From Podarcis pityusensis (Eukaryota): a stretch of 64,000 bases of DNA. This document shows, one piece after another, positions 27,170 to 40,439 of this stretch; the stretch's first letter is position 1, and each line of letters starts with the position of its first letter. The DNA is taken from assembly GCA_964106645.2 (NCBI GenBank), contig OZ067049.1; one strand, given 5' to 3'. The notes below the pieces were generated by a model, which was not told the origin of the DNA, searched no databases, and was given only the letters and a program-made list of their open reading frames with translations. The translations under genes were made by a program, and so were the position numbers.

Positions 27170-28018
27170 GTCACTTTTTTGTATAAAGTGATTAACAGAT
27201 GTATTTAGTTGTCATTAAAATTCAAGGCCTTGTGCTCAGTTTTTTTTATTGAGGATTTTTGTATGGCCAAAGCAATGAAATATTTAGCACATGCCCATGG
27301 GAAGTCCAGTGGAAGTTGATGGAACAGCTCTGGATGTTGACTTGAGTCTTATTGTATTTTTAAAATCCCTTTTATCCTATTCTCCCTCCACGGGGGTTGA
27401 TTCCAACAATTTTTATCCATTGCACAAACAAGTTTTGTATCATATTGAAAATGTGTGTGGATTGTGCAGGAAATACATCCCTGCTAGATTCAAAACCACA
27501 GAAACTGCTTCCCTTAAAGATGTTCACTTTATTTCTGCCCATTTTAACTTGCAGTAACTTTACTGCATATAAACCTCAATGGCAACACACTTCAGAACCA
27601 AGAGGTTCACAACTTGCTAGCTGGAAAATACTGGTTAATTTATTTTTCTCTCCCTGCTATTTCCCACCTGTTATTTGAATGTGCCCCAAACAACTGTGTA
27701 GGTCCCTTGACTCCTGCATTTACTGTAAATGATACATTTTAATAACAGTTTAGCAAACCGAGTCTGACATCACTGCTACCATTATCTAAATGTAGCCACA
27801 GTGACAATGTAAATTACCCTTTAAGACCTTATTCTGAATGCGTAGTTGTGAGTACTTTGCAGTTTGGGGCCTGGGCATCCCTTGTACTTTTGAGCACAGC
27901 CAAGGGAGAATTTGGAAAATTAACTTCAAAGCTGGTACTACAAGGGCTGGGTGTTACTTTTAAAGGAAGCAGGACATGAAAGGATATTTCCATTTATTGG
28001 GAGGCAGTTTTTCACTTA

Positions 28019-28380
28019 AAAGGTAAAGGTAAAGGTACCCCTGCCTGTTCGGGCCAGTCTTGCCAGACTCTAGGGTTGTGCGCTCATCTCACTCTAGAGG
28101 CCGGGAGCCAGCGCTGTCCGCAGACGCTTCTGGGTCACGTGGCCAGCGTGACAAGCTGCATCTGGCGAGCCAGCGCAGCACACGGAACGCCGTTTACCTT
28201 CCCGCTGATAAGCGGTCCCTATTTATCTACTTCCACCCGGAGGTGCTTTCGAACTGCTAGGTTGGCAGGCGCTGGGACCGAATGACGGGAGCGCACCCCG
28301 CTGCGGGGATTCGAACCGCCGACCATGCGATCGGCAAGTCCTAGGCGCTGAGGTTTTACCCACAGCGCCACCCGTGTCCC
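28019..28380 (-). mobile_element. Sauria SINE (CpG-rich, young subfamily)
   Basis: (AAAGGT)n reverse tail, reverse head cacagcgccacccgtgtccc; TSD-like agt(t/g)tttcactta on both sides. Confidence 0.92.
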
Positions 28381-28680
28381 TTTAGTGTTTCACTTAGCTA
28401 GCACTTAACCGTCTATTTTAGGGGGATAAGGTGTAATGGGATTCAGCAGACAAGAGGTGTTATATGGCCTGGGTGTTCTGCTGCTTTCCTGGAATGTGAC
28501 TAATCCAGCACACTCTCAGGATGTCTGGGTCAGTTTCTAATTTGTAGACAGCTAGTTTATCGGAAGTGTACTGCATTACAGATTTATCACAGACTGTCTA
28601 CAGACAGCTGTTTCCAGATGCCTGGAGGTAGTGTTTGGAGACCTCCCTTGCATGAGAAGACAGCCTCCAGCACATTGAGT

Positions 28681-29035
28681 AAAAAGGTAAAGGGACCCCT
28701 GACCATTAGGTCCAGTCGTGGACGACTCTGGGGTTGCGGCGCTCATCTGGCTTTACTGGCCAAGGGAGCCGGCATACAGCTTCTGGGTCATGTGGCCAGC
28801 ATGACTAAGCCGCTTCTGGTGAACCGGAGCAGCGCACGGAAACACCGTTTACCCTCCCGCCAGAGCGGTACCTATTTATCTACTTGCACTTTGATGTGCT
28901 TTCGAACTGCTAGGTTGGCAGGAGCAGGGACCAAGCAATGGGAGCTCACCCCGTCATAGGGATTCGAACCACCAACCTTCTGATAGGCAAGTCCTAGGCT
29001 CTGTGGTTTAATCCACAGCGCCACCTGCGTCCCTC
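28681..29035 (-). mobile_element. Sauria SINE
   Basis: Reverse tail aaaaaggtaaagggacccc, reverse head; TSD GCACATTGAGT at 28670-28680 and 29036-29046. Confidence 0.94.
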
Positions 29036-30110
29036 GCACATTGAGTGGACAAGACCAATAGTGGGTCCAACGGTCAAGAAAGCGGTTACTCCATATGCTG
29101 TAGAGTGAAACGCGGAGGGAAATGAGGATCTAGGTAGCAGTGGGGGGGGGGGGCTGTTGGATGCATTGGCAATGGGCTAAGCATGTGCAATCCCACACAC
29201 CCTACTCATGTTCTTTGAATGAATAGATGTGGCATCTAAACCCCCTATAGTTATTGCTCATGAGTCCACATTTGCTTATTGTGTTCCATTACCATCCCTT
29301 ATCAACTGGGCTTTGTTTTAGATGCTTTTTTGGGAGGGGGAGAATCCAGTAAAATCGTGTTGTGCGATGTAATTAATATATTTTGGGGTGGGGTTGAAGT
29401 CCAGATTCAACCAGGGTCTGCCAAGTTCCACTCCCACTTCAATAAATTCCATATACGGTGCCACTCAGGTTGTCCCTAATGGCTCACAGTAAAACTTCAA
29501 CAGAATATGTTGTTCTCTGTAGCCGAGGCAGGAAGCCTACTACTATAGTTTTGTAGATTCTCATCCCTCAGGGGAAAAGGGTGGCCAGATGGCTGACTCA
29601 AGAGTATTATAGAAGAAGTGTCCAAAAGTTAATCTAATTTTTCAATCAACCTCCAGTCACTTTTCATAATATGTTTTGCAAAGCCAATTAGAAGACAAAC
29701 AAACCCATGTGTTCATTTTTCACACAGAATTCTAATGATCTCTCTCTCTCTAACATTTATTTCTTACCTCAGTTACTAGATAGTATAATTTACTTGGCAA
29801 ATACATTTTTTTTAAGTGTGGGCAGACCATATAAGCAAGCAATTAGTCTGCTGCCTCCTTTTTTATTCTACTGTTTTTTTAAAAAAAATATGAGCATACA
29901 TTAAAACCATTTTATTTAAACCCAAACCCAAAAGGTATCATACAAGTTGAGCTCAAATATGAAGATAACAATTTTCATAATGATCAGTTACATCTTAGCC
30001 CTGGGTGCTATTCTACAAAGTTTTTTTCAGAGTAGACCCACTGAACTTAACAGGCCTAAATTAGTAATGTTCCTGCAAAAAACATAGTTAAATACTACCC
30101 AGCGCCTCTA

Positions 30111-30336
30111 CAGTGGTACCTCGGGTTAAGTACTTAATTCGTTCCAGAGGTCCGTTCTTAACCTGAAACTGTTCTTAACCTGAAGCACCACTTTAGCTAA
30201 TGGGGCCTCCTGCTGCTGTCGCGCCGCCAGAGCACAATTTCTGTTCTCATCCTGAAGCAAAGTTCTTAACCCAAGGTACTATTTCTGGGTTAGCGGAGTC
30301 TGTAACCTGAAGCGTATGTAACCCGAGGTACCACTG
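30111..30336. mobile_element. Tc1/mariner (Tigger-like) MITE, copy 1 of 3
   Basis: TIR CAGTGGTACCTCGGGTTA ... TAACCCGAGGTACCACTG; TA TSD. Confidence 0.93.
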
Positions 30337-31852
30337 TAGTTTCTCTCCATTCATTGTGCCTGACCACTTTCATGTTAAAGCAGAAAAGTACCATACTTAT
30401 TGTCTAGGAGATGTCAGTGGAGAAAAGCCCTTCCAGGTTCAGAACCAGTGTGCTGCTGGATACCAATAGCACATCCTTGGAGTCAGTGCCAGATTTATGT
30501 ACGGTCAGGACTGTGGGAATTGTGATCCACAACAACTGGAGGGCACCACATTAGCAACAGTACTTCTGGGTTACGTAGTAGAGAAGGAAAAAAGTTGGCT
30601 GATGGTGGTGAAGTGATGGAGTCTGGATCTCATCACAGTCTCAAGAAGGAATGGGGGACAAGGCTGCAGACATTCAAATGAGGGTCTGTTAGATGCTATG
30701 CAGGTTTCAGATTGCACCTAGAATTGCTGGGAAGAAGGAACCTACAATGGCTGATGCCCCACATTTGAAAATATAAAATCCACCTGTTAACTAGGTCTGT
30801 CTCTATCCTCAGATCTTAAATCTATCTGCCTTGCTACATTTCAACCTCCTCCTTTTTCTGTAAGCTCTTCCCAGCTCAGGCTTTATTGCTCTGCCAGAGC
30901 TCGCTCTAAAGTGAAGCCATTTGTTCAACATTTGAGTGGCTGATTGCTCAGAGCAATCCTGCAAACACAAAGACAGCCTCACACAGCGGTCTGCAATACA
31001 GTATTTCATGATGAATCCATTATCTCTCCAGACCAGGCTGCCTGCCTTTAACAATGACACAGAGAAGGGATGGTGATGCTTTTTATTGGAGCAACTTCTG
31101 TCTGCCAGAGTACAACACTTCCCAGCAAATGTGGGTTTATTAAGAGCTATATGTTGGGGTATCTCGTGATTCCACTTTGTATTTAAGGTTACAAGCATCT
31201 GTCCCGAGTTTTTGTGTGTGGTGATTTTAGGCAGAGCCCCTGTGCCTTTAGAGATGATGCCTTTAAAGCATCAACATGCAGCAAGGCACCAACATTTAAC
31301 TGAAAGATCAGTTAGAGCTATCAAATAAAACATCTTATAATCTAAAAGATCCGTTTGAAATAGCTTTTCTAAGATGGTGCCCACCATAAAAACCATGTAT
31401 ACCATCTAAAAAAATAGAAAAAGTAAGCTTCTTGTTTCACAAATATTGGTTTTAGCCATATGCAAATTTAATCAGTAATAGAGTAATCAAATAATTGACT
31501 CAAACTCATATGTTTTAATAGCCAATGGCTGTTGTTAAAAATTGGTTTGCAGAACCAAAATGCAGTGTTGTGGGGGAAATGTCACATAATTTAAGACTCA
31601 GAGAAGAAGGTTGGATTTGGCACCTACTGATTTTTCCACCATTCATCCAAGTTGTTTAAGCCCAGGTACAGGAACCCCTGGGGCTTATTCCCAGGTAAAG
31701 TAGCACAGGATTGCAGCCTAAGCAACTCTTGTTGAGACCCATTAAATAAAAAATGGTGCTAAAAGAAAAATACTGCTTACTCTCTTACACGTTACATGAA
31801 AGTCAGCCCCATTGATTTCAGAGGGACTTGGTTCCAAGTAAGCATTATTCCC

Positions 31853-34800
31853 CCCCTTCATGGATCACTGCCTTGCTGTGGCGAAGGGGCTTGAATAACT
31901 CAGAGAAGCTATGCCGTGCAAGGCCACCCAAGATGGACAGGTCATAGTGGAGACTTTTGACCAAACGTGATCCACCTGGAGCAGGAACCGGCAAGCCACT
32001 CCAGTATCCCTGCCAAGAAAACTCCATGGACAAAGACAACAGGCATATAAAAGTTATGACGCTGGAAGATGAGCCCCTCAGGTTGGAAGGCGTCCAACAT
32101 GCTACTGAGGAAGAGCAGAGGACAAGTACAAGTAGATTCAGAGCTGATGAAGCGGCTGGGCCAAAGCCGAAAGGACGCTCAGTTGCGGATATGCCTGGAA
32201 GCAAAAGGAAAGTCCAATGCTGTAAAGAAAAATATTGCATAGGAACCTGGAATGTAAGAACCATGAACCTTGGTAAGTTGGATCTGGTGAAAAATGAGAT
32301 GGCAAGAATAAATATTGACATCCTGGGCATCAGTGAACTAAAATGGACGGGAATGGGCGAATTCAGTTTGGATGACCATCATATCTACTACTGTGGGCAA
32401 GAATCCCGTAAAAGAAATGGAGTGGCCCTCACAGTCAACAAAAGAGTGTCAAAAGCTGTACTGGGATGCAATCTCAAAAATGATAGAATGATCTCGATAC
32501 GAATCCAAGGCAGACCTTTTAACATCACAGTAATCCAAGTTTATGCACCAACCACTGGTGCTGAAGAAACTGAAATTGACCAAGTCTATGAAGACTTACA
32601 ACACCTTATAGAAATGACACCAAAGAAGGATGTTCTTCTCATTATAGGGGATTGGAATGCTAAAGTAGGGAGTCAAGAGATAAAAGGAACAACTGGCAAG
32701 TTTGGCCTTGGAGTTCAAAAGGAAGCAGGGCAAAGGCTAATAGAGTTCTGCCAAGAGAACAAGCTGGTCATCACAAACACTCTTTTCCAATAACACAAGA
32801 GACGACTCTACACATGGACATCACCAGATGGGCAGCATCGAAATCAGATTGATTATATTCTCTGCAGCCAAAGATGGAGAAGCTCTATACAGTCAGCAAA
32901 AACAAGACCTGGAGCTGACTGTGGCTCAGATCATCAGCTTCTTATAGCAAAATTCAAGCTTAAACTGAAGAAAGTAGGAAAAACCACTGGGCCGGTAAGA
33001 TACAATCTAAGTCAAATCCCTTATGAATACACAGTGGAAGTGAGGAACAGGTTTAAGGATTTAGATTTGGTGGACAGAGTGGCTGAAGAACTATGGATGG
33101 AGGCTCATAACATTATGCAGGAGACAGCAACTAAAACCATCCCAATGAAAAGGAAATGCAAGAAAGCAAAGTGGCTGTCCAACGAGGCCTTACAAATAGC
33201 GGGGGAGAGAAGGCAAGCAAAATGCGAAGGAGATAGTGAAAGATACAGGAAATTGAATGCAGATTTCCAAAAAATAGCAAGTTGAGACAAGAAGGCCTTC
33301 TTAAACGAGCAATGCAAAGAAATAGAGGAAAACAATAGAATGGGAAAAACCAGAGATCTGTTCAAGAAAATTGGAGATATGAAAGGAACATTTCGTACAA
33401 AGATTTCCATAATAAAAGACAAAAGTGGAAAGGACCTAACAGAAGAAGAAGACATCAAGAAGAGGTGGCAAGAATACACAGAGGAACTATACCAGAAAGA
33501 AATGGATGTCTCGTATACCCCAGGTAGTGTGGTTGCTGACCTTGAGCCAGACATCCTGGAGAGTGAAGTCAAATGGGCCTTAGAAAGCACTGCTAATAAC
33601 AAGACCAGTGGAAGTGATGGTATTCCAGCTGAACTATTTAAAATTTTAAAAGATGATGCTGTTAAAGTGCTACACTCAATATGCCAGCAAATTTGGAAAA
33701 CTCAGCAGCGGCCTGAGGATTGGAGAAGATCAGTCTACATCCCAATCCCAAAGAAGGGAAGTGCCAAAGAATGCTCCAACTACCGCACAATTGCACTCAT
33801 TTCACACGCTAGCAAGGTTATGCTTAAAATTCTACAAGGCAGGCTTAAGCAGTATGTGGACCGAGAACTTCCAGAAGTGCAAGCTGGATTTCAAAGGGGC
33901 AGAGGAACCAGAGACCAAATTGCAAACATGCGCTGGATTATGGAGAAAGCTAGAGAGTTCCAGAAAGACATCTACTTCTGCTTCATTGACTATGCAAAAG
34001 CCTTTGACTGTGTCGACCACAGCAAACTATGGCAAGTACTTAAAGAAATGGGAGTGCCTGATCACCTCATCTGTCTCCTGAGAAATCTCTATGTGGGACA
34101 AGAAGCTACAGTTAGAACTGGATATGGAACAACTGATTGGTTCAAAATTGGGAAAGGAGTACGGCAAGGCTGTATATTGTCTCCCTGCTTATTTAACTTA
34201 TATGCAGAATTCATCATGCGAAAGGCTGGGCTGGGTGAATCCCAAACCGGAATTAAGATTGCCGGAAGAAATATCAACAACCTCAGATATGCAGATGACA
34301 CAACTTTGATGGCAGAAAGTGAGGAAGAATTAAAGAACCTTTTAATGAGGGTGAAAGAGGAGAGCGCAAAATATGGTCTGAAGCTCAACATCAAAAAAAC
34401 GAAGATCATGGCCACTGGTCCCATCACCTCCTGGCAAATAGAAGGGGAAGAAATGGAGGCAGTAAGAGATTTTACTTTCTTGGGCTCCATGATCACTGCA
34501 GATGGTGACAGCAGTCACGAAATTAAAAGACGCCTGCTCCTTGGGAGAAAAGCAATGACAAACCTAGACAACATCTTAAAAAGCAGAGACATTACCTTGC
34601 CAACAAAGGTCCGTATAGTAAAAGCCATGGTTTTCCCAGTAGTGATGTATGGAAGTGAGAGCTGGACCATAAAGAAGGCTGATCGCCAAAGAATTGATGC
34701 TTTTGAACTGTGGTGCTGAAGGAGACTCTTGAGAGTCCCATGGACTGCAAGAAGATCAAACGTATCCATTCTTAAGGAAATCAGCCCTGAATGCTCACTG

Positions 34801-35101
34801 GAAGAACAGATCATGAAGCTGAGGCTCCAATACTTTGGCCACCTCATGAGAAGAGAAGACTCCCTGGAAAAGACCCTGATGTTGGGAAAGATTGAGGGAA
34901 CAAGAAGAAGAGGATGAAAGATTGAGGGAACAAGAAGAAGAGGATGACAGAGGACGAGATGGTTGGACAGTGTTCTCGAAGCTACCAACATGAGTTTGAC
35001 CAAACTGCAGGAGGCAGTGGAAGACAGGAGTGCCTGGCGTGCTCTGGTCCATGGGGTCACGAAGAGTCGGACACGACTAAATGACTAAAAAAACAAAACA
35101 A
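31853..35101 (+). mobile_element. Full-length Bov-B LINE (~3.25 kb), inactivated
   Basis: APE endonuclease (IGTWNVRTMN, ILGISELKWTG, IQVYAPT, IGDWNAKVG, DCGSDH) and RT (NYRTIALISH, QAGFQRGR, FIDYAKAFD, GVRQGCILSP, LRYADD); TSD AAGCATTATTCCC at 31840-31852 and 35102-35114. Confidence 0.97.
31957..35088 (+). pseudogene. Bov-B endonuclease-reverse transcriptase ORF with in-frame nonsense codons
   Basis: ORF-track pieces 31957, 33034, 33340 and 34729 are all in one frame and the gaps between them are open; stops at 32791, 33283, 34717, 34915 and 34945; final TAA at 35086-35088. Confidence 0.93.
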
Positions 35102-35662
35102 AAGCATTATTCCCGGGACGTTATTACAGCCTCAGACACCCTGCTTCCAAACAGCGACCCTTCATTCCTGCTGGGGATTAAATGTTGCTGCTGCTGCTAT
35201 TTAAAACCTATAATACTGTAAAACATACACGCCATCTATTTTTAATAATATGACTGCCTAGTAAGTATGCCTGTCCATGCTATTTTTCTTTCTCCAAAGG
35301 CTTTTAGGGCAAGTAGTGCAATAAATTACAGAGCATAAATAATCTATCATTATACAACCAATTCATAAATAACACATGGATTTTGACGTAAAAGACAGCA
35401 TGGAATGTCTCACAAGGTAGCCTTTTTAAACTGTTGACAGCCACAACAAAACTTTTAAAGTTTTTGATTCTTACTTTTGCAATATTTAGAAGCTTGTGTC
35501 ATCGGCAGATGAAGTGAACGACAGGGAGGTGTGAAAAGAGATCACCCTAAGGCACTACCTGCATAGTATAATTTTAATTATTCCTTTGATACTGTAGTCT
35601 TCTACGTGAGATAATTGTTGTACACACAGGAAATGTGCTTAAGCTATGGGCACTTGCATATA

Positions 35663-36070
35663 CCGAATTTTTCTGTGTATAAGACGATATATTTTCCTTA
35701 GAAATAATAGGCAAAAATTGTGGGTCATCTTATACACGGATAGCAGAGGGGGGACAGGCGGTTGGTGGCAGCAGCCAGAAGGAGATTGGCAGTGGTGATT
35801 GGGTGTGTGATTGGTTGCTACGGCAAGACCTGCTGCTGATTGGCTGTGGCTGCAGCAATTGGGTGGGTTATTTACGGCTGTGTCAAGGTGTGGGTGCAAT
35901 CGGCTGTGGTTGCATTGAGTGTGCAGGTGGGCTTTTGGCGGCGAGCATGCTGACAATTGGTGGTCGTGGTGATAAGTGCAATTTGGCAATCCCCCCCCCA
36001 TTTTTTTTTTATGTTGCAGTCCCAAAAAACAGGGGTCATCTTATATAGGGGGCGTGTTATACACGGAAAA
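35663..36070. mobile_element. pogo/Tc2-like MITE, right end eroded by (CA)n
   Basis: ta|ccgaatttttctgtgtataagacg ... cgtgttatacacggaaaa inverted termini; internal degenerate gattgg repeats. Confidence 0.7.

Positions 36071-36071
<1 letters not shown>

Positions 36072-36109
<38 letters not shown>
36072..36109 (+). repeat. (CA)n microsatellite
   Basis: Directly visible. Other dinucleotide runs: (CA)n ~6641-6667 and ~59238-59265, (CT)n ~63733-63767. Confidence 0.95.
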
Positions 36110-36115
<6 letters not shown>

Positions 36116-36357
36116 CAGTGGTACCTCGGCTTAAGAACTTAATTCGTTCTGGAGGTCTGTTCGTAACCTGAAACTGTTCTTAACCTGAAGCACCACTTTA
36201 GCTAATGGGGCCTCCTGCTGCCGCAGTGCCGCCAGAGCCCGATTTCTGTTCTTATCCTGAAGCAAAGTTCTTAACCCGAGGTACTATTTCTGGGTTAGCG
36301 GAGTCTGTAACCTGAAGCGTCTGTAACCTGAAGCGTCTGTAACCCGAGGTACCACTG
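36116..36357. mobile_element. Tc1/mariner (Tigger-like) MITE, copy 2
   Basis: Same TIRs and body as 30111-30336; TA TSD. Confidence 0.93.
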
Positions 36358-36612
36358 TATAAACTTATAGTCCTCTCTAAAGGTTTTCTTGTGAAATTAT
36401 AAGGCATGAATGATGAAAGCAGATCAAACATAAAAAGAGACAAAGGGAGACTCCAGCACAAAAATTCTCAATAGGAATTCATATGCAGATGTTATGGTAA
36501 GTGAAGGGGGGGGGGGAGTTCATGTAAGGAAAGTTCCCTTCCCTCCTGATTTTGGATGCTCCTGACCTGCCTCAGCAACACCCCTCCCTCCACAATGCTC
36601 CATCTCCATCTC

Positions 36613-36749
36613 ACATAGAATCATAGAGTCGGAAGGGACCATGAGGGTCATCTAGTCCAACCCCCTGCAATACAGGAATCTTTTCCCCAACTCTGGGCTC
36701 GAAGTCACGAACCTGAGATTAAGAGTCTCATGCTCTACTGACTGAGCTA
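36613..36749 (-). mobile_element. tRNA-Lys(CTT)-derived SINE with CR1 tail
   Basis: Minus strand tagctcagtcagtagagcatgagactcttaatctcaggttcgtgacttcgagccc followed by the CR1 tail. Confidence 0.88.
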
Positions 36750-37839
36750 ACATAGTTCAATAGGGGCCCCAGATGCTTCAAAAAGGCTTTTCCAAAAGAG
36801 CAGGTGGCTGCAGAATAGAAGCGGCGAGTGGAAATTTTCCTTCTGGGAACTTCCAGGCCCATTTTTGGCATCCAAGCCTGTATCTATCAATCCATATCTG
36901 CCAGCTGTGGATAACACTTCTTCATCTGACAAAGTGGGTTCTGATCTACAAAAACTTAAAAATGAAAATTTTAAAGATGTCACAGGGCTCTGAATAATTT
37001 CAAGATATATTGGGGATAAATCAGAAGAACCGTATGTGTTCTAATGGAAATAAAGGTGTGCTTTACATAATATATTCATTGAATTGCTATGGATCTTTCT
37101 CTGCTTGGAAACAGAACTTACTGAAATTGGCTAGCTTCCCAATGCATGGATGTATCATGACATATTGCTCCTGGTACCATTTTCAGGTGTTTAAATACAT
37201 AATTTCCTCTTCACCAATTTAATTTGTTAGAGATCATGGCAGCCTTTATTATTTTGTATTTTTAAATTATTCCCCTTTTAGTTGCATGCAGTTAAAGACA
37301 ATTTTATTCAGTATTTTGCGTATTTAATTTCTTCAGCGTTCCAGCTCAGCATTAAATATCATTTTCTTTAATGCTCTTTGCATTGTGCAGTGATGGGATC
37401 TAGCCAAATTACCAGTTAGTTGCATTCAGCAATCAACAGTAGTCAACAGACTCTTTATTCTTTGAATCACTATTAAAGGTGCATAGATATTTTCAAGCAG
37501 AATGAACAAAATGTGGGTAATGTACCCTTATAAATGTATAAGGTGAGTTCTCCATGCTTTAATTAACTGAAGAACCAATATAACTTTGAGCAGAAGTTAA
37601 AAAAAACTGGCCTGTTAATGGATAGACTTTGTCATGCTCCCCAGACTTCAAGCCCAGGGGAGGCAAAAGACAGGAAGGAATAATCTCTTGAAGAGTCACC
37701 ATCCTCTACTCTGAGACTTTCCAGGTCAGAAGCTATTGCTTAAACAGGTTCCTCTGCTTCTTAAGACTCATTTCCAAGGCAGCTACTTTCATTTTCACTA
37801 TTATTTATGCTGTTGTTGTTACTGTAGATTATCATTATC

Positions 37840-38435
37840 ATTATCATTATATTTATTAATCACTCTTCAGTCACTTTGGGTCACTTGTTAACACAATGCT
37901 AAACAGTAAAACTAATTACAACAAGCAATAGAAACAAACAAACAAAACTATACAAACAAGACAGGCATCACAGATCTTGCCCCACTAAAAGGGGCCGCAA
38001 GTACCTAAAACCCTCCAAATTAGGGGCTGGGTGAAAAGGAAAGCTTTTGCCTGGTTCCTAAAAATAAAGATTGTGCAAAGTGAGCCTTGCTGGAAAGAAC
38101 ATTCCACAAGCAGGGAGGCACCGCTAAAAAGGCCTGCTTTTATGTTATCACCTTCTGGATCTCCCATGGAAGGAGCACACAGAGAAGGGTCTCGGAATAC
38201 AATCATAGCAAACAGATTTTTTAACAAAAAGAGATGGTTGATTCCTTGAGGAATGTTGGTCCTGAGGTGCACGTGGCTTTATAGCATTTTAAATTGAGCC
38301 TGAAACTAACTGATAGCAGTTCAGTCATGCCAGAATTGGTGTTATCTGTTCGGACCATCCTGCCCCGGTCAACAATTTGGCTGCAGTTTCTGAACCATTT
38401 TCAAAGGCAGCCCCACATATAATACGTTTCGGTAA
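37840..38435 (-). mobile_element. Old degenerate L2 fragment
   Basis: Reverse-strand remnants of L2 ORF2 3' motifs (ggcagccccacatataat; acattccacaagcagggaggcaccgctaaaaaggcc; aaggaaagcttttgcctgg). Confidence 0.6.
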
Positions 38436-38526
38436 ATTGCAGCATCATACATTGCAAGGCAACAATCCTTTAAGGCAGGGGTGGGGGAAAAGATGTTTAT
38501 CTCTCCCTCCCTGAAGGGCCAACTAT

Positions 38527-39195
38527 AAGGTAAAGGACCTCTGGATGGTTAAGTCTAGTCAAATTTGACTATTGGGTGCGGTGCTCATCTTGCTTTCAGG
38601 CCGAGGGAGCCAGCATTTGTTTGCAGACAGTGTTTCCAGGTCATGTTGCTAGGATGACTGAACCACTTTTAGGGCAATGGAACATGGTGATGGGAGCCAG
38701 AGCACACAGAAATGCCGTTTACTTCCCACCAGGTGGGTGATGCTGTGGTCTAAACCACTGAGCCTCTTGGGCTTGCCGCTCAGAAGGTCGGTGGTTCAAA
38801 TCCCCATGACAGGGTAAGCTGGCATTGCTCTGTCCCAGCTCCTGCCAACCTAGCAGTTCGAAAGGATGCCAGTGCAAGTAGATAAATAGGTACTGCTCTG
38901 GCAGGAAGGTAAGCGGCATTTCCTTGCGATCCGGCTTCCGTCACTGTGTCCCGTTGCATCAGAAGCAGTTTAGTCCTGGTGGCCACATGACCCAGAAAGC
39001 TGTGGACAAACGCCGGCTCCCTCGGCCTGAAAGCAAGATGAGGGCTGCAACCCCATAGTCGCCTTGGACTGGACTTAACCATCCAGGGATCCTTTACCTT
39101 TTTTTTTTTTTTAACCTTCCCACCGCAGCAGTACCTATATATCTACTGGCACTGATATGCTTTCAAACTGCTAGGTTGGCTGGAGCTGGGAGCTC
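38527..39195 (-). mobile_element. Sauria SINE (outer), interrupted by another Sauria SINE
   Basis: Reverse tail aaggtaaagg at 38527; body continues to 38730 and resumes at ~39116 (cttcccaccgcagcagtacctat...gctaggttggc). Confidence 0.85.
38731..39112 (+). mobile_element. Sauria SINE (inner, nested in opposite orientation)
   Basis: Head gggtgatgctgtggtctaaacc; tail cctttacc(T)n; TSD CTTCCCACC at 38722-38730 and 39116-39124. Confidence 0.88.
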
Positions 39196-40439
39196 AACCG
39201 GGTAGGACCACTCATTTGATAATAATGTGATTGGGGAAGGGTACTGCACAAGCAGGATTGAACTCCCCACACATCAGCTAGTGCACAGCTAGTGGTGGTT
39301 CGAACCTGCTTTCTTTAGGGTTTAAGTGTACCGGTCAATTACATTTTATTTTATTTTTTGCACCAGCTTGTACTGATGACAGCATGCTATTTGATTCTTT
39401 TGAATTCCTGGCTTATTTAAAATGCTTATATGTTTAATAGGCACTAACTGGTATTCCTTGATAATGCTCTGCGTTTCAATTAATTAATAATTCGTTAGTT
39501 TCAGAAGTGTTTCATGACTTACATTTAATAACAATTTAATAGCTGCTTAATTTTACTGTGCTCGTTATCACTAATAGAAAAAGTGCTGTAATAGCTGTTG
39601 TCCATAGTTGTCTGGTAAAGATTACAGTAGGCAGTTGTCTGCGATAATGATACACATGCATACATAATTTTATCAGTATGTCGCCTTTTACCAATTAAAA
39701 TCATGCTCAAGGAGGCTTACAACATGAAAATACATTGCGGCAGCCTTTGGCTATGTGCAATAAAACTGACTGAGACAACATGAAAAATAATACACAATTA
39801 CAAACATAACAAAAGTAGTCGTAAACAATAAAAACCCATCAAAAAGTACACAAATTGAAGCAGTCCACATAAATCACAACTTCTAAAATAAAGATACAAA
39901 ATAATAATAATTAATAATAATAATACTAATAATAATAATATCAATAACAGCGACAATCTGCCTGCCCTCAACAAAAATCCATAAACAATACCCCAGTCCA
40001 ACAGTCTGTTCAGCAGACTCAGCTTTTGCAGCTGGAGTCAGTCAGGGCTCTGTCCTTCCAGGCCAGGTGGAAAAAGGCCTGCAAGACAGGAAGCAGGTCT
40101 TCCAGGACTCACAGCCATGATGATACACAGAGCTTCATATTAAGGTATTCAACTTTTTTAAATTGTGTAATGGTACAAATGGTGGGAAAAGTTGAGCCCT
40201 ATTTTAGTGTTATGTCTTAAATGGGTTACATTATGGAGAGGCATCTGTGTATGGATTTCAGGCTGTGAATACATTGTATAAATTAATCAAACTTGAATAT
40301 AAAAAGATTGTATCATTGCAATGCATTAGTACTGCTCAGTGCAACAAAATTGCCCACAAAAGTAAAACAACTGCATAAAAACAGCATATAAAAGCTTTCT
40401 AAAATGAGGGTATGCTATGGGGGGAAAACATATCCCAAG

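Noticed and set aside
31845-35060. Antisense ORFs over Bov-B copies (161, 165, 135, 181 aa; also 61935-62474)
   Set aside because: Shadow frames of the Bov-B coding strand.
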